Assembly (NCBI RefSeq): GCF_052089425.1
Contig: NZ_JBQCZW010000029.1
Location: forward strand, 4,608 to 28,607
Origin: Ancrocorticia sp.
GTDB taxonomy: Bacteria > Actinomycetota > Actinomycetes > Actinomycetales > Actinomycetaceae
Length of the DNA: 24,000 nucleotides
Direction of reading: 5' to 3'
Shown here: piece after piece, positions 6,412-15,370 of the stretch
Layout of the letters: the number at the start of each line of letters is the position of its first letter
Numbering within the stretch: the first letter of the stretch is position 1
Notes under the pieces: generated by a model
The model's input: only the letters and a program-made list of their open reading frames with translations
What the model was told of the DNA's origin: nothing
The model's database searches: none
Made by a program: the position numbers and the translations under genes

Positions 6412-8852
6412 GATTGGGCGCCGTCAAGCACGGTGACGGTGCCAGCTGCTCCATCCACGAGCACGGTTGCGCCGTCCGGCAGACTGGTCGCGCTCCCAGT
6501 ACCGAGCACCGCAGGTATGCCGTATTCGCGGGCAACGATCGCGGCGTGGGATAGAGGCCCGCCCGAATCAGCAACTACCGCGGCGGCGAGAGCGAACAGA
6601 GGCGTCCACGTAGGGTCCGTGTAAGGACAGACCAGAATATCCCCGGGCTGAAGGCGGTGAAACTCCTGCGGTGAGTGAATCACGCGTGCAGTTCCGCTTG
6701 CTTGCCCCGCGCTCGCTGGTAGCCCCCGTAGAGCAGCCGCTTCGTCGTCGTCGCCGTCAAAAACTCGCCCCCACCAAACTGCTTCGGCGGTGCCCCGCTT
6801 GCGCCGCCGTTTCGCCACGACCGGTTGAAGCGCTACCCCGGCGTCCCTCAGGGCGTTCTCGACCTCCTCGAAGTAGAGAAAACGGATATCAGCCGCATCG
6901 TCGAGCTGTTTCCGATGAACGAGGCGCCGGGCGATCTCGTCCATGGCGGCCCGGGCAACACAGAAGAATTCCTCGATCAGGTAGACGGTTCCCTCTCGCC
7001 CGATGTGCCGGGCGCGCAACTGCGCGGTGTTGGTCCGCCATCGCTTACGCAGGAATCCGGGTAGCCGCTGCTCGATCTCTTGTGCTGCATTGGCAGTCAG
7101 GTTCGGCTCAAGTGGCTCGCCTCGGAGCGTGGAAGCCAGGAGTGCATAGAAGATTTCAGGATCTTCGCGCCACGATCGATTCGAGAAAGGAAGATACAAT
7201 CGCGCGGTCCGTGCTCCACATTCCGCGAGGAATTCCGAAACCTGACTCTGGAACGAGCGGCCTTCCTGAGTGGCACTGAGCGCCAAGATGGCATCGCCTT
7301 GTTCAGCTTCCATGATTGGCTCAGTAACGCCTGATTCGCGTGCCATGGCCGCAAGGCCATTGATTGCACGTGTGATGTCGGCAGTCTTGTACTGTACGCC
7401 AACGTACAGATCCTCGGGTGTGATCGCGCGTTCTAGGCGTGCCAGTTTGATGAACCATGCGGCTAGGGTGCGGTTGACCATCATCGGGGCGAGGTAGTGG
7501 AGGAAACGATCTGCAGTGATTGAGGCGGCATCCTCCACGGCATGGCCGATCAGTTCTAGAGCATCCGTATCGCCGCCCGATGCCAGATTCTCGAAACGGT
7601 TTGTCAGATCGGCGAGCTGTTCGCTCCACGCAGCCTCCTCATCAGTCCACAAGGTTGGGGTGTGGCTCATTCCTGCGGCGAAGAGCCGGGGGAGACGGGT
7701 CAGGATTGCGATGCTGGGGCGCGGCTTGTTCTCCGGAATACGGATGATCCCGTCCTCATCTCCTTGAACGAAGGCCTCGGCTGAACCGGCCTTCAGACCC
7801 GCGGCGTGCATCAGATTTTGGACCACGCCTTGAACCTTGTGTACGGCATAGAGATCAAGGGGAAACGGGGCTGGAAAATGCTCCATGACATCATCGCGTA
7901 GGAACCGGGCGAAGCGGCCCTTGACGGGCGCGTGGCCCTCGATGGCCGTGACGCTGGTGGTGATCGGGCGAGCCTGCAGAAGATACAGATTGTGGCCGGA
8001 GAAGCCCCACTCGATGTCCTGCCCTGTGCCGTAGTGGGCTTCGACGCGCTCGCCCAGATCGATCAGCCGCAATAGCTGATTATCAGTGACGCTTTGCGTG
8101 GATCGATCCGCTTCGGCCACTTCCCTGCTTGTTGTTCCTCCATCGGGCGTCGGGTCGATCCGAGTATCTTTCGATCCGATCTCCCGCGCCACAACGGCGG
8201 CGGGACTGCGTGATAGCGTGAACATATCGGGGGTGACCAGCGCGGCAACCACTGATTCCCCAAGGCCGTAAGAGGAACTGGCCAGCATCGTCGAATCATC
8301 CCCCGTGACCGGATCGCGAGTGAACAAAACTCCGGCAGTGTCCGCAGCCACCATTTCTTGAATGACAACCGCAAGTGCCAACCCATCGTCTGAGACGCCC
8401 TGTTGGCGCCGGTAGTCAACGGCGCGGTCGGTCCAAAGAGACGCCCAGCAGTGGCGAACGGCGTCCAGCACGGCCTCAATTCCAATAACGCCCAAGTAGG
8501 TGTCCTGCTGACCAGCGAAGCTCGCATCGGCCAGATCCTCCGCCGTAGCTGACGAACGAACGGCAACCGCCGGCTCACCGAGCTGAACATAGGCGTCACT
8601 GATCGCGGACCGCACCGCCTCTGGGAGAGAGAGTTCCAAGATACGATGTCGCGCCGCCTCAGCGTCACGTCGTGTGGCGTCTGCAGCGAGGAGCTGCGCG
8701 ATGCTCCGGGTGGCTTCGCGGTACGCATCTGTGCTGACGCAAAAACCTGGCGGTACGGGCAGCCCCGCTCTGGCACATTCGCCCAGGTTTGCACCCTTGC
8801 CGCCTACCCGTGCTGTATCGGCAGAGGTGATGTTATCGAACCACTTAATCAT
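6408..8852 (-). CDS. PEP-utilising enzyme family phosphotransferase with rifampin-phosphotransferase (RPH)-like domain order; substrate unknown
   Basis: N-terminus MIKWFDNITSADTARVGGKGANLGE...GLPVPPGFCVST is the PPDK_N/ATP-grasp signature. The extreme C-terminus ...GDILVCPYTDPTWTPLF...GGPLSHAAIVAREYGIPAVLG is the swivel phosphohistidine domain. No C-terminal TIM-barrel PEP/pyruvate domain follows, unlike true PpsA/PPDK. SD-like GGGAGTGGG lies upstream of ATG 8852. Confidence 0.9.
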   Translation of the reverse strand: MIKWFDNITSADTARVGGKGANLGECARAGLPVPPGFCVSTDAYREATRSIAQLLAADATRRDAEAARHRILELSLPEAVRSAISDAYVQLGEPAVAVRSSATAEDLADASFAGQQDTYLGVIGIEAVLDAVRHCWASLWTDRAVDYRRQQGVSDDGLALAVVIQEMVAADTAGVLFTRDPVTGDDSTMLASSSYGLGESVVAALVTPDMFTLSRSPAAVVAREIGSKDTRIDPTPDGGTTSREVAEADRSTQSVTDNQLLRLIDLGERVEAHYGTGQDIEWGFSGHNLYLLQARPITTSVTAIEGHAPVKGRFARFLRDDVMEHFPAPFPLDLYAVHKVQGVVQNLMHAAGLKAGSAEAFVQGDEDGIIRIPENKPRPSIAILTRLPRLFAAGMSHTPTLWTDEEAAWSEQLADLTNRFENLASGGDTDALELIGHAVEDAASITADRFLHYLAPMMVNRTLAAWFIKLARLERAITPEDLYVGVQYKTADITRAINGLAAMARESGVTEPIMEAEQGDAILALSATQEGRSFQSQVSEFLAECGARTARLYLPFSNRSWREDPEIFYALLASTLRGEPLEPNLTANAAQEIEQRLPGFLRKRWRTNTAQLRARHIGREGTVYLIEEFFCVARAAMDEIARRLVHRKQLDDAADIRFLYFEEVENALRDAGVALQPVVAKRRRKRGTAEAVWWGRVFDGDDDEAAALRGLPASAGQASGTARVIHSPQEFHRLQPGDILVCPYTDPTWTPLFALAAAVVADSGGPLSHAAIVAREYGIPAVLGTGSATSLPDGATVLVDGAAGTVTVLDGAQS

Positions 8853-8870
8853 TCGTGCCCACTCCCTATC

Positions 8871-8915
8871 CTCTATGGTCGTAGAGATTCCTTAATATAC
8901 TCTATACTCATAGAG
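8871..8915. promoter_or_regulatory. Two related 16-bp palindromic sites, CTCTATggtcGTAGAG (8871-8886) and CTCTATactcATAGAG (8900-8915): candidate TetR operators in a divergent promoter region
   Basis: Read directly in the 74-98 nt gap between the divergent phosphotransferase and TetR genes. The second site has perfect 6-bp arms, and the first has one arm mismatch. Confidence 0.45.
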
Positions 8916-8926
8916 AACTGAATGCT

Positions 8927-9511
8927 GTGCAGCAACGGGGGAGTGGTTACGTGAGTGAGCGCCGCGAACAGATTGCCGAGGCGGGAATCAGGATTCTCGC
9001 CACCCGGGGAATGCGCGCGCTGACTCACTTGACCATTGATCGCGAGCTCGGATTGCCGGACGGCTCCACCTCGTACTATGCCCGCACCCGCCGCGACCTC
9101 ATCGCCCTGATCGTGGAGAACCTAGCCGCTCGCACTGGCGATGATCTCGCCGCTCAAGTGATCCCCGAAGAGTTGACCCCACGCCGCGTCGCCTCCATCG
9201 TTGTGACCGGGCTAGATGCGACCATGCGCCGCGCCAACGATCACGCTGCGCGGTTGGTGCTCCTGTTGGAGTGTCGAAACGATCCAGAACTCCGGGCCTC
9301 GCTCGCGACGCGGCCCGAGGTGCGAGAATCCTTCATCGCCTTGGCAACTGCTATGCTCCAGCGCCTGGGAATCGCCGATCCCGAGATTCACGCCCATGAC
9401 CTTGCGGCGCTCGTGGACGGAATGCTCATGCAACGCATCGTCCGGGGCGCCTCCATTAACGAAGAAGCCATTATTTCGGCGTATCTCACCGGAATTACGG
9501 CGCGCGTTTGA
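8927..9511 (+). CDS. TetR/AcrR family transcriptional regulator
   Basis: The N-terminal HTH region (RREQIAEAGIRILATRGMRALTHLTIDRELGLPDGSTSYYARTRRDL) is typical TetR_N. The real start is probably GTG 8951 (VSERREQI...), preceded by GGGGGAG. Confidence 0.9.
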   Translation: MQQRGSGYVSERREQIAEAGIRILATRGMRALTHLTIDRELGLPDGSTSYYARTRRDLIALIVENLAARTGDDLAAQVIPEELTPRRVASIVVTGLDATMRRANDHAARLVLLLECRNDPELRASLATRPEVRESFIALATAMLQRLGIADPEIHAHDLAALVDGMLMQRIVRGASINEEAIISAYLTGITARV

Positions 9512-9760
9512 GCGACGTCCGATAGTGAGGCCTGTCTTTTGTTACGACGACGACGTTGCTCTCAGATTCCTCGGCGTCCCATAACACGTCATCGCAGCAA
9601 TGTCGAAGTTGGGCAGTTTCTAGCACCGAAGGATCTTGGATCTTTCGTTACTGTAGTAGGGAATGAGCCAAACGTAATTGCCTGATATGTCAACGGTAAT
9701 TTGAAGAAATGCATGAAATCCGGCTCGATGTTCGTTACTATTTCTGCATTGCAGCCATGA

Positions 9761-10456
9761 GTGTCATGGCTCACTTGGCAGATGGGACTGTGTATGGCGG
9801 CGGTTACCGACTTCTTCGCCTTCGTTTCCGAACGATGGTCAGTCCTCGCGTTTCTGTCCTACCAACACATGAGCTTGGTGGTTCAGAGCCTGCTGATCGC
9901 CACCGCGCTCGCGGTCATACTCGGAGTATTAGCCACTCGAGTCTCGTGGGGCGCCGCTGCGGCACAGACTTTTTCTGCCGTGGGACTGACAATTCCGTCC
10001 TATGCCCTACTGGGCCTTCTGGTGGGTATTGTGAGCATCGGCGTGCTCCCTTCGGTGGTTATCTTGGTGTTTTTCGGATTCCTGCCGATTCTGCGAAATG
10101 TGGTTGTAGGAATTCAGGCCGTTGATAGCGGTCTGGTGGAGTCCGCCAGAGGCATGGGGATGGGGCGCGTCCAAACGTTGCTACGCCTTGAGCTACCTCT
10201 CGCGTGGCCGGTGATCATGACGGGTGTGCGCGTCTCGGCGCAGATGCTCATGGGGATTGCGGCCATTGCCGCTTACGCACTGGGCCCGGGACTCGGTGGC
10301 TACATCTTCTCCGGCATTTCTCGTATGGGCGGTGCGAACGCCACGAATTCGATCATTGCCGGAACGCTCGGCATCATCCTTCTCGCCATCATTCTGGACC
10401 TCGTCCTGAACCTGTTGACCCGGCTGACACCCTCCAAGGGGATTTCTCGTGTCTGA
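9761..10456 (+). CDS. Osmoprotectant (glycine betaine/choline/carnitine-type) ABC transporter permease
   Basis: BPD_transp_1-type permease with an EAA-like loop (VESARGMGMGRVQTLLRLELPLAWPVIMTGVR). A more likely start is ATG 9794 (MAAVTDFF...). It overlaps the next gene by 8 nt (GTGTCTGA). Confidence 0.88.
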   Translation: MSWLTWQMGLCMAAVTDFFAFVSERWSVLAFLSYQHMSLVVQSLLIATALAVILGVLATRVSWGAAAAQTFSAVGLTIPSYALLGLLVGIVSIGVLPSVVILVFFGFLPILRNVVVGIQAVDSGLVESARGMGMGRVQTLLRLELPLAWPVIMTGVRVSAQMLMGIAAIAAYALGPGLGGYIFSGISRMGGANATNSIIAGTLGIILLAIILDLVLNLLTRLTPSKGISRV

Positions 10457-11624
10457 AAACTCACATACCACCGGCAAGCGGATCCTTCTTGAGAGCATCA
10501 CCAAGACGTACTCGGGCCAGTCCACTCCCGCCGTGAATGACGTGACGATGGAGTTTGCCGCTGGCGAGATCACGATGCTGGTTGGCCCGTCGGGTTGCGG
10601 TAAAACAACCACGATGAAGATGATTAACCGACTCATTGAACCCACGTCGGGCAGGATTCTGATCGGCGATGAAGACGTCACCAACGTGGATCCTGATGCC
10701 CTTCGTAAACGCATTGGCTACGTGATTCAAGGCGCAGGGCTTTTTCCACATTTTACGGTTGGAAACAACGTGGGGCTGGTCCCCAAGATGCTCAAGTGGG
10801 ATAAAAAGCGGATCGCCGCGCGAACCGACGAACTCCTTGAACTCGTTGGCCTTGACCCAGCCGATTACCGTGATCGCTACCCGGGTGAACTCTCGGGCGG
10901 CCAGCAACAACGAGTAGGAGTGGCGCGAGCCCTAGCTGCCGATCCACCTGTGCTCCTCATGGACGAGCCGTTCGGAGCCGTTGATCCGATCACGCGCCAG
11001 CGCCTTCAAGATGAGTTGCTGAGGCTACAGGAGGAACTGGGAAAGACCATTGTTTTTGTCACGCACGATTTCGATGAGGCTCTCAAGCTTGGTGACAAGA
11101 TCGCGATTCTTGACCAAGGATCAAAGATCGTTCAGTACGATACGCCGGAGCACATTCTGGCCGAACCTAATGGTGAGTTCGTGGAGGGGTTTGTGGGCGC
11201 CGGGGCCACCCTGAAGCAACTCACAAGAGCACGAGTGCGGGATATCGAACTCCATGAGGCTTCGGTGGCTCACGTGGGAGACGATTCTGAGATCGCATTG
11301 AAAGGTGTCCGCGACATTGGGAGGAAGCACGCCATCGTCCTTGACGATCATGAGCGGCCGCTGCGCTGGATGTCGTTGAAGGAACTGGGACAACAGAACC
11401 TTCTCGACAATGTGCGCAAGGATCCCGAACTCGAAGCCGTCACATTGAACTCGAGCCTCAATGATGTGCTGGACACGATGCTCACATCGTCTCACGGAGT
11501 TGTTGTTGTGACTGGCCGCCGGAACGCGTACCAAGGGGTGGTTCGCGTTGAGACCGTCATGGATGCGATACGCAGCATGCGGGCAGAGGGCGCCGCGAGT
11601 TCCCGACTGGGTGAGTCCGTATGA
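10449..11624 (+). CDS. Osmoprotectant ABC transporter ATP-binding protein with C-terminal tandem CBS domains (OpuCA/ProV-like)
   Basis: Walker [10 protein letters not shown], signature LSGGQQQRV, Walker [13 protein letters not shown], then a ~130-aa CBS-like tail. ATGA overlap with the next gene at 11621-11624. Confidence 0.93.
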   Translation: MSENSHTTGKRILLESITKTYSGQSTPAVNDVTMEFAAGEITMLVGPSGCGKTTTMKMINRLIEPTSGRILIGDEDVTNVDPDALRKRIGYVIQGAGLFPHFTVGNNVGLVPKMLKWDKKRIAARTDELLELVGLDPADYRDRYPGELSGGQQQRVGVARALAADPPVLLMDEPFGAVDPITRQRLQDELLRLQEELGKTIVFVTHDFDEALKLGDKIAILDQGSKIVQYDTPEHILAEPNGEFVEGFVGAGATLKQLTRARVRDIELHEASVAHVGDDSEIALKGVRDIGRKHAIVLDDHERPLRWMSLKELGQQNLLDNVRKDPELEAVTLNSSLNDVLDTMLTSSHGVVVVTGRRNAYQGVVRVETVMDAIRSMRAEGAASSRLGESV

Positions 11625-12388
11625 CGGCGCAGGCACCTGCAACGAACACCACGCGCAACGGCACTGGCCGGATCAGAATGCTGGTCCAGCCTGTGATCTG
11701 CGTGGCCATCATCGCCGGTTGCTTCATCTACACCAGCACCGCTGACCTCTCCACCACCGAGGCACGGACACTGGATCTAGGCAACATTTGGCCGCTTGTC
11801 CGCCAACACCTGTGGATCAGCCTGATTGCCACCATCGCGACAGTGATCATCGCGATCCCGATCGGAATTGGCCTGACCCGTGGCCCCATGCTCCGCTATT
11901 CCAAGCCAATCATTACCATCGCCGGATTCGGCCAAGCGGCGCCGGCCATCGGGCTTATCGCTTTGGGCGCTGCCATCTTCGGTATCGGGACAACGGGGGC
12001 TGTTGTAGCGCTCGTGGTTTACGGTCTCCTCCCCATCATCGCCAACACCGTGGCTGGAATTGGTGCTGTGGACCCGAAGGTTGTTGAAGCTAGCCGTGGA
12101 ATGGGGATGTCCTCCTTCGCCACGCTCCTCAAGGTGGAGCTCCCGCTCGCACTGCCGATCATCATTGCCGGAGTTCGTACGGCTCTGGTGCTGATCGTCG
12201 GAACGGTGGCTCTGGCTTCCTTCACGGGCGGCGGCGGACTCGGAGAGCTGGTGACGTCGGGGATCAAGCTGCGTCAGGACGTGGTCCTGATTGTTGGCGC
12301 CTTACTGATCGCCGCCCTCGCTCTGCTTATCGATTGGCTTGCCCACCTTGTCGAACTCACAACCGTACGGAAGGGAGGCACCCGATGA
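11621..12388 (+). CDS. Osmoprotectant ABC transporter permease (second permease)
   Basis: Paralogous to 9761-10456 (VEASRGMGMSSFATLLKVELPLALPIIIAGVR), with multiple TM segments. ATGA overlap with the binding-protein gene. Confidence 0.9.
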   Translation: MTAQAPATNTTRNGTGRIRMLVQPVICVAIIAGCFIYTSTADLSTTEARTLDLGNIWPLVRQHLWISLIATIATVIIAIPIGIGLTRGPMLRYSKPIITIAGFGQAAPAIGLIALGAAIFGIGTTGAVVALVVYGLLPIIANTVAGIGAVDPKVVEASRGMGMSSFATLLKVELPLALPIIIAGVRTALVLIVGTVALASFTGGGGLGELVTSGIKLRQDVVLIVGALLIAALALLIDWLAHLVELTTVRKGGTR

Positions 12389-13353
12389 GGAGATCCCGTT
12401 ATGGACTCGCTGCAGCTTCCGCGATTTCCGCCGCACTGCTGGCGGGCTGCGGCCTCGAATCCGCCAGCGGTGCTGTGCTGACGGCTGAGCCGGGCACGAT
12501 CCAACACTATGATCACCTTGACGGTGAGCCGATTACCGTCGTCGCCAAAGATTTCACGGAACAACTGATTCTGGGAAACATGATCTCCACGGCGCTATCC
12601 GTGGCTGGTTTCGACGTCACTAACATGTCCAATACCCCCGGTTCCTTCGGTGCCAGGCAAGCTTCCCTCGACGGAGATGCGGACGTGGCGCCCGAATACA
12701 CCGGTACTGGGTGGATCAACTACCTAGGCTATGAGGATCCGGTCCCCGGCGAAGAGGAGCAGTGGCAGGCCGTTCTGGAGGCCGATCAGCCTAACGGGCT
12801 TGTATGGCTCCCGCCGGCCCCCATGAACAACACCTATGCCTTCGCCACGCGCAACGATTACGCGGAGGAGCACGGGCTCGAGACGTTTTCGGATGTTCTG
12901 GACCTTCCGCCCGAGGAGTTGACATTCTGCGTGGATGCGGAGTTCGCCAGCCGCAATGACGGCTTCGATCCGTTCCTTGAGGCGTATGACCTCACGACCG
13001 GCGATCTCGCTGAGGTGGTCACCATGGACATTGGGCTCATCTACTCGGCCACCGCAGGCAGTGACTGCAACTTTGGCGAAGTATTCATGACTGACGGGCG
13101 CATCCCCGGGCTGGACCTGAAGGTACTCGAGGATGATCGCGAATTCTTCCCGCTCTACAACCTCTCCATGGTGGTGGGCGAGGAGGCGCTTGAGCAGTAC
13201 CCGGAGATCCAGGAAGTGCTCGATTCCTTCACGCCGCTGCTCACCAACGAGACGATGCAGGAACTGAACGCTCGCGTTGATCTTGACGGGCAGGATCCGG
13301 CGATCGTGGCCCGCGACTGGCTCGTGGAAGAAGGATTCGTCACGCTGGAGTAG
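12385..13353 (+). CDS. Glycine betaine/osmoprotectant ABC transporter substrate-binding lipoprotein (OpuAC-family fold)
   Basis: I place the start at ATG 12385 (MRRSRYGLAAASAISAALLAGC...), which gives a lipobox L-A-G-C and an ATGA junction with the upstream stop. The motifs FTEQLILGNM and APEYTGTGW are typical of this family. Confidence 0.9.
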   Translation: MRRSRYGLAAASAISAALLAGCGLESASGAVLTAEPGTIQHYDHLDGEPITVVAKDFTEQLILGNMISTALSVAGFDVTNMSNTPGSFGARQASLDGDADVAPEYTGTGWINYLGYEDPVPGEEEQWQAVLEADQPNGLVWLPPAPMNNTYAFATRNDYAEEHGLETFSDVLDLPPEELTFCVDAEFASRNDGFDPFLEAYDLTTGDLAEVVTMDIGLIYSATAGSDCNFGEVFMTDGRIPGLDLKVLEDDREFFPLYNLSMVVGEEALEQYPEIQEVLDSFTPLLTNETMQELNARVDLDGQDPAIVARDWLVEEGFVTLE

Positions 13354-13403
13354 TAGGTGATCCCGCGTAGTTTGTTTTTTAACGACGACGACGGCGAAGC
13401 CAC

Positions 13404-15047
13404 CTACCGCCTGTCCATGTCACCTAGATCGATGGTTGGCCAGTCGGCCACATCCCGCAGGATCTGCCGGTCGTGGGAGGAAAGTACAACGGCGGCCTGC
13501 GTGGCCCCAAGTGCCTCAGTTAGCTCATCAACAAGGGCAATTGAGAGATGATTGGTCGGCTCGTCCAGAAGCAGGACGTGAGGGCGCATGGCGAGCACTA
13601 ATGCTAGGTCCAGCCGGCGTTGTTGTCCCATTGATAGCTCGCCAACGCGTTTACCGAGTTCGCGTGGTTTCAGGAGCCCGAGCTGTCCCATACCTACAGC
13701 TTCGGACGGTGGAACGATTCCATTGGAGACGAGGGAGTCAAGGTGTTCGCTATAAACCTCGTTTGCTCGCCGATCGGCTGGCAATTCTGACTCTTGCCGG
13801 AGAAAGCCCAAACGCGTGCGCTCCGGCTTTCGGACCCCGCCCGTGTCGGGCGTCAGTTCGCCGCTGGCCACTCCGAGCAACGTGGATTTGCCACTTCCGT
13901 TCGGTCCGGTGATGACTAGCCGGCTGCGATGGGACAGCGTGAGCGAGACGGGGCCGCGGAGGCGTCCCACAACACTCACGTTTTCCACGCTCAAGAGCGT
14001 CGCACCCTGCCGGGCGCGCAGTGCGGGAAAGCGGAACACGTGCGGCGGTTCAGGCACCGTCATAGCATGCGATTCTAGCGCCTCTTGACGCCGGTGAACA
14101 TTTTGCACCAGACCGCCTGCGCGGGTGGCGCGCCCGTGCTTGTTCGTTCCCTTCTCGGGGCGCCACCCCGAAATTAGCCGATTCTGTGCAGCGCTCAGTC
14201 TGTCCTGTAACTGAGCACGCTCAGCCTGTTGACGCTCGTACTCCTGCTCCCAGCGTTCTCTTTCGGCAAGGCGGCCGTCCTTGTAACCCGCGTATCCACC
14301 TCCATAGACGCGCGGACGATCATCGCGAGTCGGATCTAGATCCAAGATGGTTGTGGCGAAGTCGGATAACAGCGCCCTGTCGTGAGTGACCACCGCAGCG
14401 CCGCCGTCACGGGAACTGAGCTGGGAGGTCAAGAACTCGAGGCCGCTGCGGTCGAGGTGATTGGTTGGTTCGTCCAGCAAGAGAAAATCGTCGTCGGCCC
14501 CAAGAAGGCACGCCAAACGCACTCGATACCGCTGCCCAACGGACAAGTGCCCAAGCGGCTTAGCCATATCGGTTTCCGCGTCGAGGGCTTCGAGCGCAAT
14601 GAGCACTCTTCGCTCAGCATCCCACGCATCGAGTGCTTCAGCATGCTCCAGAGCGGTTGAATACTGCACGGCTGCCGCTTCGGTGCCATCGGCCAGCGCG
14701 TGGCTGGCAGTATCCAGATTCTTCAGGGCGGCGAGGGGCTCCGCAATGGCATCGGCTACGGCTTCTCCGACCGTGCGTTGATCGGAGGCGTCCATCTCCT
14801 GATCGGCAACACCGATCGTGCCGATACGTTGCACCGCGCCGCTGTCAGGGACAAGCGTGCCGTCAAGGACATGCAGGAGGGTCGATTTTCCTCGCCCGTT
14901 CTCCCCAACTATCGCGAGCCGGGAGGTGGGGGTGAGGGTGAGATCTACGTGGTTGAGAACGGGTGTGGCGCCTCGCATCACAGAGATATCTGAGGCGGTG
15001 AGCTGTGCGCGATGGCGCGCGGGAGCGTGATGATGAACGGTGTGCAT
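13404..15047 (-). CDS. ABC-F family ATPase (two ABC domains, no TM domain); ARE/ribosome-protection-like
   Basis: Two Walker A motifs (GENGRGKST, GPNGSGKST), two signature-like motifs (LSVGQRYR, LSMGQQRR) and two Walker B motifs (LLLDEPTNHL twice). A charged ~80-aa inter-domain linker (RLAERERWEQEYERQQAERAQLQDRL...) separates the domains. GAAGGAA lies 5 nt upstream of the ATG. Confidence 0.9.
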   Translation of the reverse strand: MHTVHHHAPARHRAQLTASDISVMRGATPVLNHVDLTLTPTSRLAIVGENGRGKSTLLHVLDGTLVPDSGAVQRIGTIGVADQEMDASDQRTVGEAVADAIAEPLAALKNLDTASHALADGTEAAAVQYSTALEHAEALDAWDAERRVLIALEALDAETDMAKPLGHLSVGQRYRVRLACLLGADDDFLLLDEPTNHLDRSGLEFLTSQLSSRDGGAAVVTHDRALLSDFATTILDLDPTRDDRPRVYGGGYAGYKDGRLAERERWEQEYERQQAERAQLQDRLSAAQNRLISGWRPEKGTNKHGRATRAGGLVQNVHRRQEALESHAMTVPEPPHVFRFPALRARQGATLLSVENVSVVGRLRGPVSLTLSHRSRLVITGPNGSGKSTLLGVASGELTPDTGGVRKPERTRLGFLRQESELPADRRANEVYSEHLDSLVSNGIVPPSEAVGMGQLGLLKPRELGKRVGELSMGQQRRLDLALVLAMRPHVLLLDEPTNHLSIALVDELTEALGATQAAVVLSSHDRQILRDVADWPTIDLGDMDRR

Positions 15048-15102
15048 TTGATTCCTTCACACAGGCGCACCACTGGCTGGTTGAGCCAACAAAATGGGTA
15101 CG

Positions 15103-15130
15103 CAAAATAACGGCGACCCTCAACAGGGTC
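15103..15130 (-). terminator. Terminator/attenuator-like hairpin in the ABC-F leader: GACCCT-gttg-AGGGTC, then gccgUUAUUUUg
   Basis: Read on the minus strand about 60-80 nt upstream of the ABC-F start. The stem is 6-7 bp with a 4-nt loop, and the U-rich tract begins 4 nt after the stem. Confidence 0.35.
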
Positions 15131-15183
15131 AGAGCAAGTGGCCTCCGCCTATCGAGCCTTCTCGATGGTCGCGGTCGGCCAGC

Positions 15184-15228
15184 TCAGCCGTTACAGAAAA
15201 TACAAATGCATGCGGATAGCATATCCAT
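15184..15228 (-). promoter_or_regulatory. Candidate leader-peptide uORF (MDMLSACICIFCNG) in the ABC-F 5' leader
   Basis: An ATG...TGA 14-codon minus-strand ORF lies upstream of two hairpins. No clear SD is visible, so this is speculative. Confidence 0.2.
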
Positions 15229-15370
15229 GAACAGTGGGGACGCGCTACAGTCGGAGCCCTGACGTACGTCACTATTTCGAATGGGTGGGTCAGGTCCTGC
15301 AACGAGACACCTGTGAGGCGCTCAGGCTACGCGCGCCCGAAAAGGGATGTCTGGCCGTTTTGGGACATGG

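Noticed and set aside
8063-8794. 243-aa alternative-frame ORF inside the PEP-utilising enzyme gene, and similar ORFs at 6671-7279 and 7097-7629
   Set aside because: All lie within a strongly supported 814-aa gene and have Arg/Pro/Ser/Trp-rich nonsense-like sequence, which is typical of GC-rich frame shadows.
12334-12384. 17-codon extension of the substrate-binding protein ORF
   Set aside because: A start at 12385 gives a canonical lipoprotein signal peptide and an ATGA junction with the preceding permease stop.
13384-13401. Near-identical 18-mer GACGACGACGGCG[A/G]AGCC after a T-run at 13384-13401 and 21775-21792, with a related TTTT..ACGACGACGACG at 9537-9556, all intergenic
   Set aside because: The sequence is low-complexity (ACG)n. 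A rough estimate suggests that one 17/18 match between two sites in a 24-kb window searched on both strands is about what chance allows. A genome-wide motif count would be needed to revive it.
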